DNA of 64,000 nt from a virus (Duplodnaviria; Caudoviricetes), in IMG/VR virus record IMGVR_UViG_3300028048_000060, positions 90,737 to 154,736 of that record, one strand, 5' to 3'. The first letter of the stretch is position 1. Every line of letters begins with the position of its first letter. Shown in pieces: positions 10,168 through 20,283 of this stretch. Below the pieces are notes generated by a model. The model was not told the DNA's origin, searched no databases, and saw nothing but the letters and a program-made list of their open reading frames with translations. Made by a program: the position numbers and the translations under genes.

Positions 10168-10938
10168 TTACCACCCAAATGGGTCTTGTTCACTATTATC
10201 AACAATAGGTCTCAGAACTCCATCATCTTTGTCTTCTTTTATATTCTTATCTACATCCACAGTCACATCTCTAACCTCAGACTCTATGTCTTGGTCTGTC
10301 TTTGTGTTCAAAATAGACTCAAAGTAGTTATCCAAGACTTTGAAGTTTTCATCTGAAATTTCTATGTTCTCTTCAATCTTCTCAGGACTGTCTGCTAAAC
10401 TGACAGAGTCAGATACTTCGACTTCTAAGGTATTGACTAAGTCTTTGTCTTGGATATCATCATGGAGTTTAAACTGATAAGAGTTCAGTGTTAGTTTAAT
10501 AACAGACTTAAGGTCAGAATATGCCCAAAGATTGTTGACTCCAGGAACTTTGAAGTCAACATCTGTTATCTCCATTACTTGGTTACTTGGGAATACTATC
10601 AACGCACTGTATAATGCTTCTAAGTTAATTCCTAATTTAGCTAGACTCTTAGAACTAATAAAGACTTCATTGCTATAAAGATAATTAAGACCAAACTCTG
10701 TAAACTGATACTCTTGTCTTTCAATGTCGCTTTGGTCAGCAGGCAAGACATCAATATCAAAGATGTTTTGTCCATTAGTCTTTATATTAGACCAGTCTCC
10801 AAACACAGTAAAGTCTATATTTTGTTTAAAGGTAATAATCAGTTTACACTGAACACCATAAAGCCCTATTGCTTCAGCAATAATGTTATTATGGAGACTG
10901 TATTCATTTTTGTGAGTAAAGTTCAGATTAAATCCCAT
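10168..10938 (-). CDS. gp14: neck protein (T4 gp14-like)
   Basis: EAIGLYG, D..FGD, F.EFGL, LIVFP..MEITDV and C-terminal DPFG motifs. Confidence 0.8.
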   Translation of the reverse strand: MGFNLNFTHKNEYSLHNNIIAEAIGLYGVQCKLIITFKQNIDFTVFGDWSNIKTNGQNIFDIDVLPADQSDIERQEYQFTEFGLNYLYSNEVFISSKSLAKLGINLEALYSALIVFPSNQVMEITDVDFKVPGVNNLWAYSDLKSVIKLTLNSYQFKLHDDIQDKDLVNTLEVEVSDSVSLADSPEKIEENIEISDENFKVLDNYFESILNTKTDQDIESEVRDVTVDVDKNIKEDKDDGVLRPIVDNSEQDPFGW

Positions 10939-10940
10939 AA

Positions 10941-12767
10941 TTACTCCTTAAACTGATTTAAGTAGTCTTCTAATTCCTGTTCCTTAGAGTAGTCCTTAGA
11001 GATATCAAAACCACCTACGTCTCTGACGGACCCTACGTTTCCTGGATTTTGCTGTCCTTGTTCCTGAGACTGAGACTGAGACTGTTCAGGGTTTTCGTTT
11101 TCTTCAGTATTCTCTCTGTCATTCTCTTTTCCTTCTTCATCTCCATAGGTGTCCTCAGGCCAAGGATTTTCATCAAAGTCTTCAGGGTCAGTAAAGACCT
11201 TAGGCGCTAAGTCCTGGATAGTCATTGGATTTCCTTCAGCATCGGTCATTCCAGCTAAACCTGCTTCAGTTCCTAACTCAATATCAGCTAACTGATAGAA
11301 GATATCAAACTTACCTGACTTCTTCTCTTCTTCGATGTCGTTTAAGTAATCATTTACCTGGTTTTCAGTTAGACCAAAGGTCCTCTTCATCAGTTCCTTA
11401 AATGGCATCACTGTTCCACCTATCTCCTTGATAGAATCCCATGCTTCAATCTTGTCATTTAAAAGTTGAATTTTCATCTTCTCTATAAAGAGATTTTCAT
11501 TTGTAAAGTCTATATTGATAGAGTTGTTATATGTGTCCCACTCATCCTCTTTCATTATTCCAGTACTTATTACTTCTCTCTTTAGTAAGTCTTTAAACAA
11601 CTGAGAATAAACCTTTCTCAGTCTCGAAATAAAGCACATAAACTGGAGGTCTTCCTGGGTTGTCTCAGTAGCATCAATAGCAAAGGCATGGTCAGCATCT
11701 TCATCAATGTTTAAGTGGGACATTGGAATGTGTAAGGAACGATAAAGTTTTCTGTTTAGATATAAGATATCAGTGATTTCACCTAAGTTCTGTGTTTCAT
11801 CTAAGGTATCTACCTGAACACCTTTGTCACCACCTCTGTTACTAAACCAGTAGTCTTCAACTAAAGATGTGATGTGCTGTTGGTTAGAAATTTCTCCAGT
11901 TTCGTTATTATAAAACTTCTTATACTTAAATCTTCCCTGGACTTCCTTCATGTATGCTTCTGCTCTCTGAGGAGGAAGTTTACCAACGTCCACATTAAAG
12001 ACTCTTCGTGCTACACTTCGAGAAAATCTTAAAGGAATAAGTAAGTCTTCTAAGGACCTTAACATGTTAGCTAACTTTAGACTGTATTCTAAGTAACTAA
12101 GGCACAACCAGTTGTCTTCATAGAGACCAAAGTCCATTCTTACAATTTCTTCAGGGCTATAAGTTTCATTCTCCATTTGATTAAAGTAGATACAGTTTGG
12201 AGAGTTTTCTACATACTTGTAGACTTTGTCCTGGAAGTCAAAGTACAGACCACAAGGTTCGATTTGTCTTAGTTTCTGAATTCCTTTCTTAGTTGATTTG
12301 TCATACTGACAGTGTATAATCAACTGTCCGTCAATGTACGCTTTCTTCACAACTTCAAACAGGTTCTTGTCAAAATTACCTAAGTCGATTATCTTGTCAA
12401 AGGCCTTTTGAAGAGCATTTACAAGTGCTTCATTGTCAATTTCGACATTTAGCTTTAGAGGAAATCCTTCGTAAGCAAAAATTATCTCATTTGTTATAAT
12501 ATCAATAGCATTAGAAACTTCAGGTTGCATTGCGCATGCCCTGTAGTTTTTGATTTTAATCATCTGTCTTTGAACTAACTCTTCCTGTGTCATCTCTGAG
12601 AAAGGAGCCAACAGGTTTTCCTCTTGATAGTCAAAGAAGTCTGTAAGTCTTAGAGAACCATTTTCATCTGAAAGGTTGTTTAAGACATTTTTTGGATTAA
12701 CTGTAGAAGACATTTTCTTAGACTTATGAGGTCTAAAAAACGCCTTCACTTTTTCTGTCAAAAGCAT
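10941..12767 (-). CDS. gp20: portal vertex protein (T4 gp20-like)
   Basis: RSVARRVFNVDVGKLP, EDYWF..RGG.KG..VDTL and LYRSLHIP motifs. Confidence 0.95.
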   Translation of the reverse strand: MLLTEKVKAFFRPHKSKKMSSTVNPKNVLNNLSDENGSLRLTDFFDYQEENLLAPFSEMTQEELVQRQMIKIKNYRACAMQPEVSNAIDIITNEIIFAYEGFPLKLNVEIDNEALVNALQKAFDKIIDLGNFDKNLFEVVKKAYIDGQLIIHCQYDKSTKKGIQKLRQIEPCGLYFDFQDKVYKYVENSPNCIYFNQMENETYSPEEIVRMDFGLYEDNWLCLSYLEYSLKLANMLRSLEDLLIPLRFSRSVARRVFNVDVGKLPPQRAEAYMKEVQGRFKYKKFYNNETGEISNQQHITSLVEDYWFSNRGGDKGVQVDTLDETQNLGEITDILYLNRKLYRSLHIPMSHLNIDEDADHAFAIDATETTQEDLQFMCFISRLRKVYSQLFKDLLKREVISTGIMKEDEWDTYNNSINIDFTNENLFIEKMKIQLLNDKIEAWDSIKEIGGTVMPFKELMKRTFGLTENQVNDYLNDIEEEKKSGKFDIFYQLADIELGTEAGLAGMTDAEGNPMTIQDLAPKVFTDPEDFDENPWPEDTYGDEEGKENDRENTEENENPEQSQSQSQEQGQQNPGNVGSVRDVGGFDISKDYSKEQELEDYLNQFKE

Positions 12768-12792
12768 ATAAATCTCCTAGTTGATTTTAAAC

Positions 12793-12833
12793 TATTTATA
12801 TTTTTATTAAAAAGTTAAAGTCAAATATAAATA
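12793..12833. promoter_or_regulatory. divergent pair of late promoters (TATAAATA)
   Basis: tatttata 12793-12800 (- strand, portal) and tataaata 12826-12833 (+ strand, sheath). Confidence 0.75.
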
Positions 12834-12852
12834 TACAAAAAAGGAGATTTTT

Positions 12853-15023
12853 ATGGCTGAAATGATGTCTCCTGGTGTCTATGTTACTGAGATAGATGCC
12901 AGTGAAATTGTCCCATCTGTATCTTCTTCTACAACTGTCTTTGGTGGAGATTTTACCAAAGGACCTGTAGAGAAATACACTGAGATTACTTCTGTAGATG
13001 ACTTAGTCGAATTCTACGGACTTCCAACAAACGATAACTATAATGACTGGTATCAGTGTTATAACTTCCTTCAGTATGGAAACAGACTCTTAGTTTCAAG
13101 AGCATGTAACCTGAATGGCTATCCTATTTTTACTAATTCTAAGTTTAAAGGGATTAGTTCACAAGAAGGATATGGAACTGTAGACTATGGTATCTTTGGT
13201 TATGGTGATGGAGTAGATGACCAAAAGGTTCTTATTGATTCCAATCCAGGTTTAGTCCCTGGCGATGTTATCTGCTTTGCTCAAGGAACAAATGACCCTG
13301 CGTCAGTTATCGATGAGTCAAAGACAGAGAGATACCTAATTGTTAGAATTGAAACAGTGTCAGATACTCAAGGTCACGACATTGTAGCAATGAAATTAGA
13401 CAGAGACTTAGAACTCCCACCTGAAGCATTAAAGACTTTAGAACCGACTCAGTCTAATATCATAGACTTCTATAATGAACACCCAAGAGTAGTTAAACTC
13501 TTAGAACATCATAATGGAAGTTGTGAAGCATTAGAATATGGCAATCATACCTTAGTAGGTGAGAACCAGAACAAACCTCCATATCTGACTTGGAAGAAGA
13601 GTTCTATTAGATTCATGAAATACGAGTCAGGTGCTTCAACAGGAACCTATGAAACTAACATTGTCAACTACAGTGTTCCAGTGTTTATTCCAAATGGTCT
13701 AAAAGGAACCAATGTAGTATCTCAGGATACTGTTAGTCCTTCTGAGGGTCAGGGTGATAACTTCTTTAGAATCACTCAGAGGTCTACTCTAAATGAAGAT
13801 ATGGGTGTCTTATTTAAGACTAATATAAAAGTTTTAAATCCTGATGATTTTGACTACAAGGATACTTCAGGGTCTATTGCTTTTAGTACATCTAAGTCAA
13901 AGTTGAAGTTTATGACAAGAACTCCAGGAATAGCAAGTTCTTATTATAAGATAGCAATTTGTGTCCCAAGTGACTTTGCTTCTAATGACAAAGCGCATAC
14001 TGGAAATCACTGCACAAGATATGTTGTTCCAGGAATCCCAGTAGACAACCTGTTTGAGTATGCTCCAAAGACTAACTCAGCACAGATAGCAGTTGTTATC
14101 TATGACGAGGTTTCTAAGGAAGTCAAGGAAAGATATATTTGTTCCTTAGACCCTGAAGAAAAAGACTCATACAACAACAGTATGTTTATTGAAAAGGTCA
14201 TTAACAGAACATCAAATATTGTTTATGTTAAGTGTAACAATGCAACCACTGAAGACTCAAAGAAGACAATCTATCCATGGGTAAGTGACAATGGAATTGG
14301 AGAATGGAATCAGAGTGATACTCCTGAGGTAGTTCCTAATGTAGAGTCTTATTGCTTAGTAGCAGACTCAGAAGGAAATTACTTTGGTGTTACTCTAAGT
14401 CCACTGGACGCAAGTGATTCTCCTATTCAAAAGGATGACTTACTCAGTGCTTATGAAGTTTTTGAGAACAAAGACTTAATAGATGTAGATATTATTATTT
14501 CTAATGAGTTGGATAATGGTATCAGTGCTAAGAACTTAGCTGAGGCAAGACAGGACTGTATAGCTTATCTTGGAATTCCTTATGAGTATGTTGAGAATGA
14601 AAACTTGGGTATCCTAACAGTGTCTAAGAGAAGTGCTGAAGCAACTTCAAATATAGTTAGATTCAGAAACACTATCAACTATAACACAGACAGGGTTTCC
14701 TTAGTAGCTAACTATAAGTATCAGTACGACAGATACAATGACACTTATCGTTGGATTAACTTTGCAGGAGATGTAGCAGGTCTTAGAGCAAGGACATCTC
14801 AGGACTTAGAACCTTGGTATGCGAGCGCAGGTCTTAACAGAGGTCAGTTAAAGAATGTAACTAAGTTAGCTTACAATCCTAACCAGACCCAGAGAAATAC
14901 ACTGTACACTAATGGAATTAATCCAATCGTTGACTTCCCAGGACAAGGAATTGTTCTTTGGGGACAGAAGACAATGTTAGATAAGAGTTCTTCTTTTGAC
15001 CGCGTTAATGTAAGATGTCTGTT
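12853..15023 (+). CDS. gp18: tail sheath protein gp18, exon 1
   Basis: SPGVYVTEID, FLQYGN.L.VSR, PWYASAGLNRG, LYTNGINP and GQKT..FDRVNVR.LF motifs; spliced product 826 aa. Confidence 0.95.
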
Positions 15024-15139
15024 TTTAAAAAATTCTAATGACGATTCATTCGCATTAGTAGCTTAACATTAGCGCGAAGAGGTGGGTAAATACCAAAAAG
15101 GGAACCACCTAAAATAAAATACCAAAAAGGGAAAATAAA

Positions 15140-16279
15140 ATGAATACAGAAGAACTTAAGAAGGAAATTCTTAATAATCTTTCAAAGAACAAATATGTTA
15201 AACCAAAATTTAGAATCGAAAATAATTTAACACCTAAGCAATGTTTTGATATACTGTATCCTGAGAAAATAAAGAAGTGTCAATATTGTGGGAAAGAATC
15301 AGAGTTTAAAAGTTTTTCTTTAGGATATAAAGATATTTGTGATTCAAAAGAATGTAAGCATAAGCATAGAATAGAAACTGTGACTAAGACCAATCTCGAA
15401 AAATATGGTGTTGAAAATGTCTCTCAATTAGAATCTATAAAGAAAAAGAAAACTGAAACTGTTTTTAAGCACTATGGTGTTTATGACTATCTCAATTCTG
15501 AACAGAATAAGCACAATATGTATGACGAAAACGGAGTTCAAAAAGCACAATCAAAAGAAGCAAAAGAAAAGAGAAAGAAAACTCTCTTAGAACGATATGG
15601 AACAACTGATATTTTTAAAATAAACAATGGTCGAGAAAGATCAAATTCAAAAGAAGGAAGAGAAAAGGCAAAACAGACTCTTTTAAAAAATCACGGAGTC
15701 ACCAGTACATGGAAACTTCAAAAGACAAAAGACACTATCAAGAAAACTAATCTCGAAAAATATGGCGAAACAAGTTACTCTAAAACAGATGAATTTAAGG
15801 AAAAACTTAAAAATCATAATATTGAAAAATATGGCGTTGAGAACTATTTTAATTCCGATGATTATAAGATAAAATCAAAAGAGGCAAGTCTCGAGAAGTA
15901 TAACTCTGAATACTACCTTAGTTCAGAGTTAAGAAAACAGCGAGAGATAGAGAGTGGTCATTGGATTTCTGATGAAGACCGAACTGAATACGAATTATAT
16001 CGCTTAAATGTTTGGAGGATTACGAATAAACAAGACCTAGAATCACTTGAAGACTTTGATAAACGTGGAAGAATAGACCTTAACTCTGATGCTTATCATA
16101 TAGATCATAAGTTTAGTATAAGAGAAGGATTTGAAGAGAATATTCCACCTGAGATTATCGGTTCCCTAAAGAATCTCGAAATGATTCCAGGAAGAAAGAA
16201 TTGCTCTAAGAACTCTAAGTGCTCAATTACAAAGGAAGAATTACTGAATGACCCAGGTAAAATGCAAAACAACAAATGA
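15140..16279 (+). CDS. intron-encoded HNH homing endonuclease with KYG repeats
   Basis: CxxC..C..C zinc finger, multiple TxLEKYG repeats and C-terminal HIDH...NL...NCSKN. Confidence 0.85.
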   Translation: MNTEELKKEILNNLSKNKYVKPKFRIENNLTPKQCFDILYPEKIKKCQYCGKESEFKSFSLGYKDICDSKECKHKHRIETVTKTNLEKYGVENVSQLESIKKKKTETVFKHYGVYDYLNSEQNKHNMYDENGVQKAQSKEAKEKRKKTLLERYGTTDIFKINNGRERSNSKEGREKAKQTLLKNHGVTSTWKLQKTKDTIKKTNLEKYGETSYSKTDEFKEKLKNHNIEKYGVENYFNSDDYKIKSKEASLEKYNSEYYLSSELRKQREIESGHWISDEDRTEYELYRLNVWRITNKQDLESLEDFDKRGRIDLNSDAYHIDHKFSIREGFEENIPPEIIGSLKNLEMIPGRKNCSKNSKCSITKEELLNDPGKMQNNK

Positions 16280-16475
16280 AGTATTCTCTGTTAAAGTATC
16301 TATTAACACAGAATATCAAGAAATAGTGAATTTTTATACTAAAGAACACTCTCTATGTAAACTGATAAATGTTTTGTTAGATGAATGTAATACAAATAAA
16401 CCCTTTAAATTTAAGATAAAGAAACGTCTTGAAGCAATCGACAAAGAATTAAAGAAATCTAAAGAAGAAATATAA
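16248..16475 (+). CDS. small hypothetical ORF inside the intron
   Basis: 75 aa overlapping the HNH end; AAGGA RBS. Confidence 0.4.
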   Translation: MTQVKCKTTNEVFSVKVSINTEYQEIVNFYTKEHSLCKLINVLLDECNTNKPFKFKIKKRLEAIDKELKKSKEEI

Positions 16476-16833
16476 ATATATTTGAGTTTATGAAGAGAAT
16501 GTGAGAGCGATTTCAAAGTGTGTTGGACAGACTTTAAAATCATATTGAATTGCTGGAACTGCCTTAGAGCCTTTATACTACAATAGACACGAAAGTAGTC
16601 TATGACAGTTGAAAAAGTTAAAGGATTGGCAAATCAGCACCTAAGTACCTAAATCTGAGAAGACATGGTAAAAGGTCAGAGACTATCCTAATGAACGTTG
16701 TGAAACGTACTAAATGGAGTACAGCCAAGTGGCTGGAAGTGGTATGCTAAGAAGATATAGTCCGACCTAATGTGAAAGCATTAGCTGGGTTTAATCCCGT
16801 GTTAAGATTAACGACCTTAACAGAACACAAAAG

Positions 16834-17143
16834 CAACACTATTGAAAGAGCATTAGCTAAGATGTCTAAGTATCAGGTGATGGAATTCAATGATACCTTT
16901 ACTAGAAATAGAATTATTGCTATTATGAAACCATATTTAGCATCTGTTCAGGCAGGAAGAGGTATTCAGGATTTCCATATCATTTGTGATACATCTAACA
17001 ACACTCCTGATGTAATTTCAAGAAATCAGTTAGTTGTGGATATCTACATAAAGCCAACGTATGTATCAGAGATGATTCATCTTAACTTTATAAATGCTGG
17101 TACAAACGATTTTAGCTCAGTTATAAGCACTAATAACAGCTAA
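16834..17143 (+). CDS. gp18: tail sheath protein gp18, exon 2
   Basis: EFNDTFTR, GRGIQDF.IICD.SNNTPDVI.RN and DIYIKP are gp18 C-terminal motifs. Confidence 0.93.
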
Positions 17144-17199
17144 AATTCATTGAAACTCATTTAAAGACCTCTTATAATTAAAGTAAGAGGTCTTTTATT

Positions 17200-19026
17200 A
17201 TGTTTCAAAAATTTAATCCATCAAAATTTATAGAAGAAAATTTAAAAAGTCATACATTTGAAGAAGTTTTAGATTTATTGTATAAGAAAGCTAAAAATTC
17301 ATTTCTCAAATTTATCAAAGAATCTTACTCTGATTTTAAAGACAACTATGATGAAATCCTTACTAAGCTAAATTCATCAGACTTAGAATATGTGTCTTTA
17401 TATATTAGAGGAAGACTTAACAAATGTCCTGTTTGTGGAAAGTATTTTGAAGGAAAACATAATAAATGCTGTTCCAAAGAATGCAGTATGAAATTCAATT
17501 ATAGTCTTGAAAGATTTTCTAAGATTATAGACAAAACTAATAATTTTGAAGAGTCCCTCAGAGAACTTCATAGAGAAGAAGGTCCTAACAAGTTTTCTGC
17601 TGATATGAACAGCATCTATCCTTATTTTAAACAACAGTTCGATGAACTTTTAAAGAAGATTGGGTCTGATGATTTAAGATTTATAAACCTTTATATACAA
17701 GACAAACTATCAAAGTGTAAGGTCTGTGGAAAGGTGACTGTTAAACCGAGAATATTTTGTTGTTCTAAGTGTTATGGTCAAGGTTTTGACTATGGTGAGA
17801 TTAACAAAAATAAAGATTACACTAAAATAGGACGGAGTATCTCAGACACATTATTAAACAGAACAGAAAAAGAAAAGAAAGAACACTTAGAAAAGATAAG
17901 AAAGACAAAACTTGAAAGATATGGAAAAGAAGATTTTACTAATCCTGAAAAGGCAAAGGAAACATGCTTAAAAAGATATGGATATTCAAGTTATTGCAAA
18001 ACTTCAGAGTTTAAAGAACGTCTCACTAAGAGTGCTATTTCTAAGTATAAGCATGCTGAAAATTTCAACAAAGAATACATAGAAGCTAATTTTATAGAAG
18101 ATGGATTTTTAAAAATCCATGAGTGTTCTGAGTATTTTGGTGTCCATGTATGTGTTATCTACAAAAGGATAAAGAATCTTGGAATTGAATTTAAATTCAG
18201 AACAGGAAGTTCTGATGCTGAAAATTCTCTCTTTAGTTGGATTCCTGTAGAGAATAAAATCCATAATAGTAGAGATATTATCCCACCAAAAGAACTTGAT
18301 ATATTCATTCCTGATTATAATCTCGCCATAGAATATAATGGAAACTATTGGCACTCACTCTATGAACCTAACTATCATAAAGAAAAGACTTTAATGTGTA
18401 TAGAAAAAGGAATAAAACTCTTTCAGATATTTGAGACAGATAATATGGAAATTTGGAAGTCTATGATTCTTAACTCATTAGGAAAGAGTACTAAAATTTA
18501 TGCTAGGAACTGTGAGATTAGACAAGTTTCTTCAAAAGAAGCATCGTTGTTCTTAGATGAAAATCATATACAAGGAAAGTGTGGCTCTAATATAAGATTA
18601 GGATTATTTTATAATGATAACTTAGTTCAAATTATGACATTTGGGAAACCAAGATTTAACAAAAAGTATGACTATGAACTTCTAAGACTTTGTTCACTAA
18701 GAGGATACTGTGTAGTTGGAGGAGCATCAAAATTATTTAAGTTCTTCAGAGAAAACTATAAGGGTTCGGTTATCTCATATTGTAACCTGAGATACTCATA
18801 TGGAAGCATCTATAAAACTCTTGGATTTACCCAGTTGTCTATAAATGAACCAAGTTATTTTTACTCTAAGAATTTTGAAGTACTCTCAAGATATCAGTGT
18901 CAAAAACACAAACTAAAGAATATTCTTGAGAATTTCGATAAAAATCTGACTGAATCTGAGAATATGATTAATAATGGCTATCTTAAAGTGTTTGATTCAG
19001 GAAGCATTACATTTGTAATGGAATGA
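17200..19026 (+). CDS. free-standing Hef-like homing endonuclease (PD-(D/E)xK) with Zn-finger/YG repeats and C-terminal GNAT-like domain
   Basis: ELDIFIPDYNLAIEYNG.YWH, CPVC..CCS..C, LERYG repeats and ELLRLC..GGASKLF..ISY. Confidence 0.8.
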   Translation: MFQKFNPSKFIEENLKSHTFEEVLDLLYKKAKNSFLKFIKESYSDFKDNYDEILTKLNSSDLEYVSLYIRGRLNKCPVCGKYFEGKHNKCCSKECSMKFNYSLERFSKIIDKTNNFEESLRELHREEGPNKFSADMNSIYPYFKQQFDELLKKIGSDDLRFINLYIQDKLSKCKVCGKVTVKPRIFCCSKCYGQGFDYGEINKNKDYTKIGRSISDTLLNRTEKEKKEHLEKIRKTKLERYGKEDFTNPEKAKETCLKRYGYSSYCKTSEFKERLTKSAISKYKHAENFNKEYIEANFIEDGFLKIHECSEYFGVHVCVIYKRIKNLGIEFKFRTGSSDAENSLFSWIPVENKIHNSRDIIPPKELDIFIPDYNLAIEYNGNYWHSLYEPNYHKEKTLMCIEKGIKLFQIFETDNMEIWKSMILNSLGKSTKIYARNCEIRQVSSKEASLFLDENHIQGKCGSNIRLGLFYNDNLVQIMTFGKPRFNKKYDYELLRLCSLRGYCVVGGASKLFKFFRENYKGSVISYCNLRYSYGSIYKTLGFTQLSINEPSYFYSKNFEVLSRYQCQKHKLKNILENFDKNLTESENMINNGYLKVFDSGSITFVME

Positions 19027-19111
19027 CTTTAGTTCTGTTATAACAACAAATAACAACTAAAATCAATAATCATTGAAATATTAAAGACCTCTTAATAAGA
19101 GGTCTTTTATT
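19022..19111 (+). repeat. displaced second copy of the gp18 3' end plus terminator (copy of about 17105..17199)
   Basis: Encodes NDFSSVITTNNN* versus NDFSSVISTNNS*; both copies are followed by an aaagacctctta...taagaggtctttt hairpin. Confidence 0.85.
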
Positions 19112-19150
19112 TTGTCTTAAAAAAATTTTAATTAAAGTCAAAAAAAATTC

Positions 19151-19179
19151 TTGAGTTTAACTCAAAATTATATTATAAT
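19151..19179 (+). promoter_or_regulatory. sigma70-type early promoter
   Basis: TTGAGT-17-TATAAT, same family as 7345. Confidence 0.8.
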
Positions 19180-19204
19180 AATAGCATAAAAAGGGAGAAA
19201 GGAT

Positions 19205-19573
19205 ATGAGAAATGAAATCTTAGAAGCAATCAAAGAAATAGCTAAGGCAAATGACGTAGAAGTCACATACGTCTCAGTAAGAGTCGAAGACTTAGAAATT
19301 GAAATCAATTTCAACCTTGAAAAGGGTGTAGCACGTTATTGCTTTGAGTCTTATGGCGAAGCATGGAACACTGATGTAGAAGATGACTTAGTTGTTATCC
19401 AGGTAATGGACGACAAAGTCGTAGACGAAGAGCTTTGGTGCGAGGGTTGGGAAGGATATTCCTCACAATTACAAGGATGGGAAGATGACCAAAAGGTTCT
19501 CACTGAAGTATCTAATAAGATAAAAGAGAAAATTTCTGCTATCTTAAAAGCAAACGGATTTAAGTTTAAGTAG
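19205..19573 (+). CDS. early hypothetical acidic protein
   Basis: Directly after the early promoter; GGAG RBS. Confidence 0.65.
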   Translation: MRNEILEAIKEIAKANDVEVTYVSVRVEDLEIEINFNLEKGVARYCFESYGEAWNTDVEDDLVVIQVMDDKVVDEELWCEGWEGYSSQLQGWEDDQKVLTEVSNKIKEKISAILKANGFKFK

Positions 19574-19621
19574 TTTTGAGGAGATAGGAGTCCTAGGACT
19601 CCTATTTAAGAGGAAAGAGAA

Positions 19622-19930
19622 ATGGAACTAACTGAACTAATAAAATTCTTTGACTATTACTTCGAGACATTTAAGCTAGTCTCACTCTTAGGATGTTGCT
19701 TTTGTTTCTATGGACTTTGGATTTCGATAGTCCTATTAGTCCATGGAGCATGGTTTGGAAAGGTCTTAGCATTAGTTGGAATTATTGTTTGTCTTGGAAT
19801 TCCAGTAATGGACTTTGTGCTTCTTGATGAAATAAAAGCATACAGAGCAAGTAAGACTTGTATCTTTGTTAATCATTATCGTCCAAGTATAGAGATAGAG
19901 CCTGAGGAAACTCTTCCATCAACAATTTAG
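19622..19930 (+). CDS. membrane protein
   Basis: Two TM segments. Confidence 0.55.
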   Translation: MELTELIKFFDYYFETFKLVSLLGCCFCFYGLWISIVLLVHGAWFGKVLALVGIIVCLGIPVMDFVLLDEIKAYRASKTCIFVNHYRPSIEIEPEETLPSTI

Positions 19931-19942
19931 AGGAGAACTGAA

Positions 19943-20221
19943 ATGAATCTTAATCAGAGATTTTTATGGCTAATAGAAGACTCAGAAGAACTCATTAACT
20001 ACAAAATTAGAGTCCAAGGAACTGGAAATATGAGTCCTACTAAGTTTGATTTTATTAACTATCGCGCTCTTACTAGTGCGTATCTGAATGATGAAAAATT
20101 TAAGATACTCAAAGACAGAAAGATTCTGAGATTTACAGTTTATCCTGACAGGAACCTCATTGAAGTCATAGTAGATGATGAAATAGAATTTAAACCTCTT
20201 TATATAAAAGACTTAATCTAA
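19943..20221 (+). CDS. hypothetical protein
   Basis: AGGAG RBS. Confidence 0.55.
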   Translation: MNLNQRFLWLIEDSEELINYKIRVQGTGNMSPTKFDFINYRALTSAYLNDEKFKILKDRKILRFTVYPDRNLIEVIVDDEIEFKPLYIKDLI

Positions 20222-20283
20222 AACTTAAAAGGAGTCTTTAAAGACTCCTTTCATTCGAGTCATAAATGACTCCTTTATCATAT

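Larger units (their letters stand above)
15024..16833 (+). mobile_element. group I intron in gp18 (1810 nt)
   Basis: P GAATTGCTGGAA 16547, Q AATCAGCAC 16632, R TCAGAGACTA 16676, S AAGATATAGTCC 16752. Exon ends in U and intron ends in G. IGS GACAGAC (16526-16532) pairs the exon end GTCTGTT; GTGTTG (16520-16525) pairs exon 2 CAACAC. Splicing restores RCLF-NTIER. Confidence 0.93.

Noticed and set aside
15024-15066. C-terminal LKNSNDDSFALVA of the 737-aa ORF
   Set aside because: This is read-through into the intron, not part of spliced gp18.
16772-16833. N-terminus of the 123-aa ORF as an independent gene
   Set aside because: These bases are the intron P9 region; the gp18-like sequence starts only after the terminal G at 16833.
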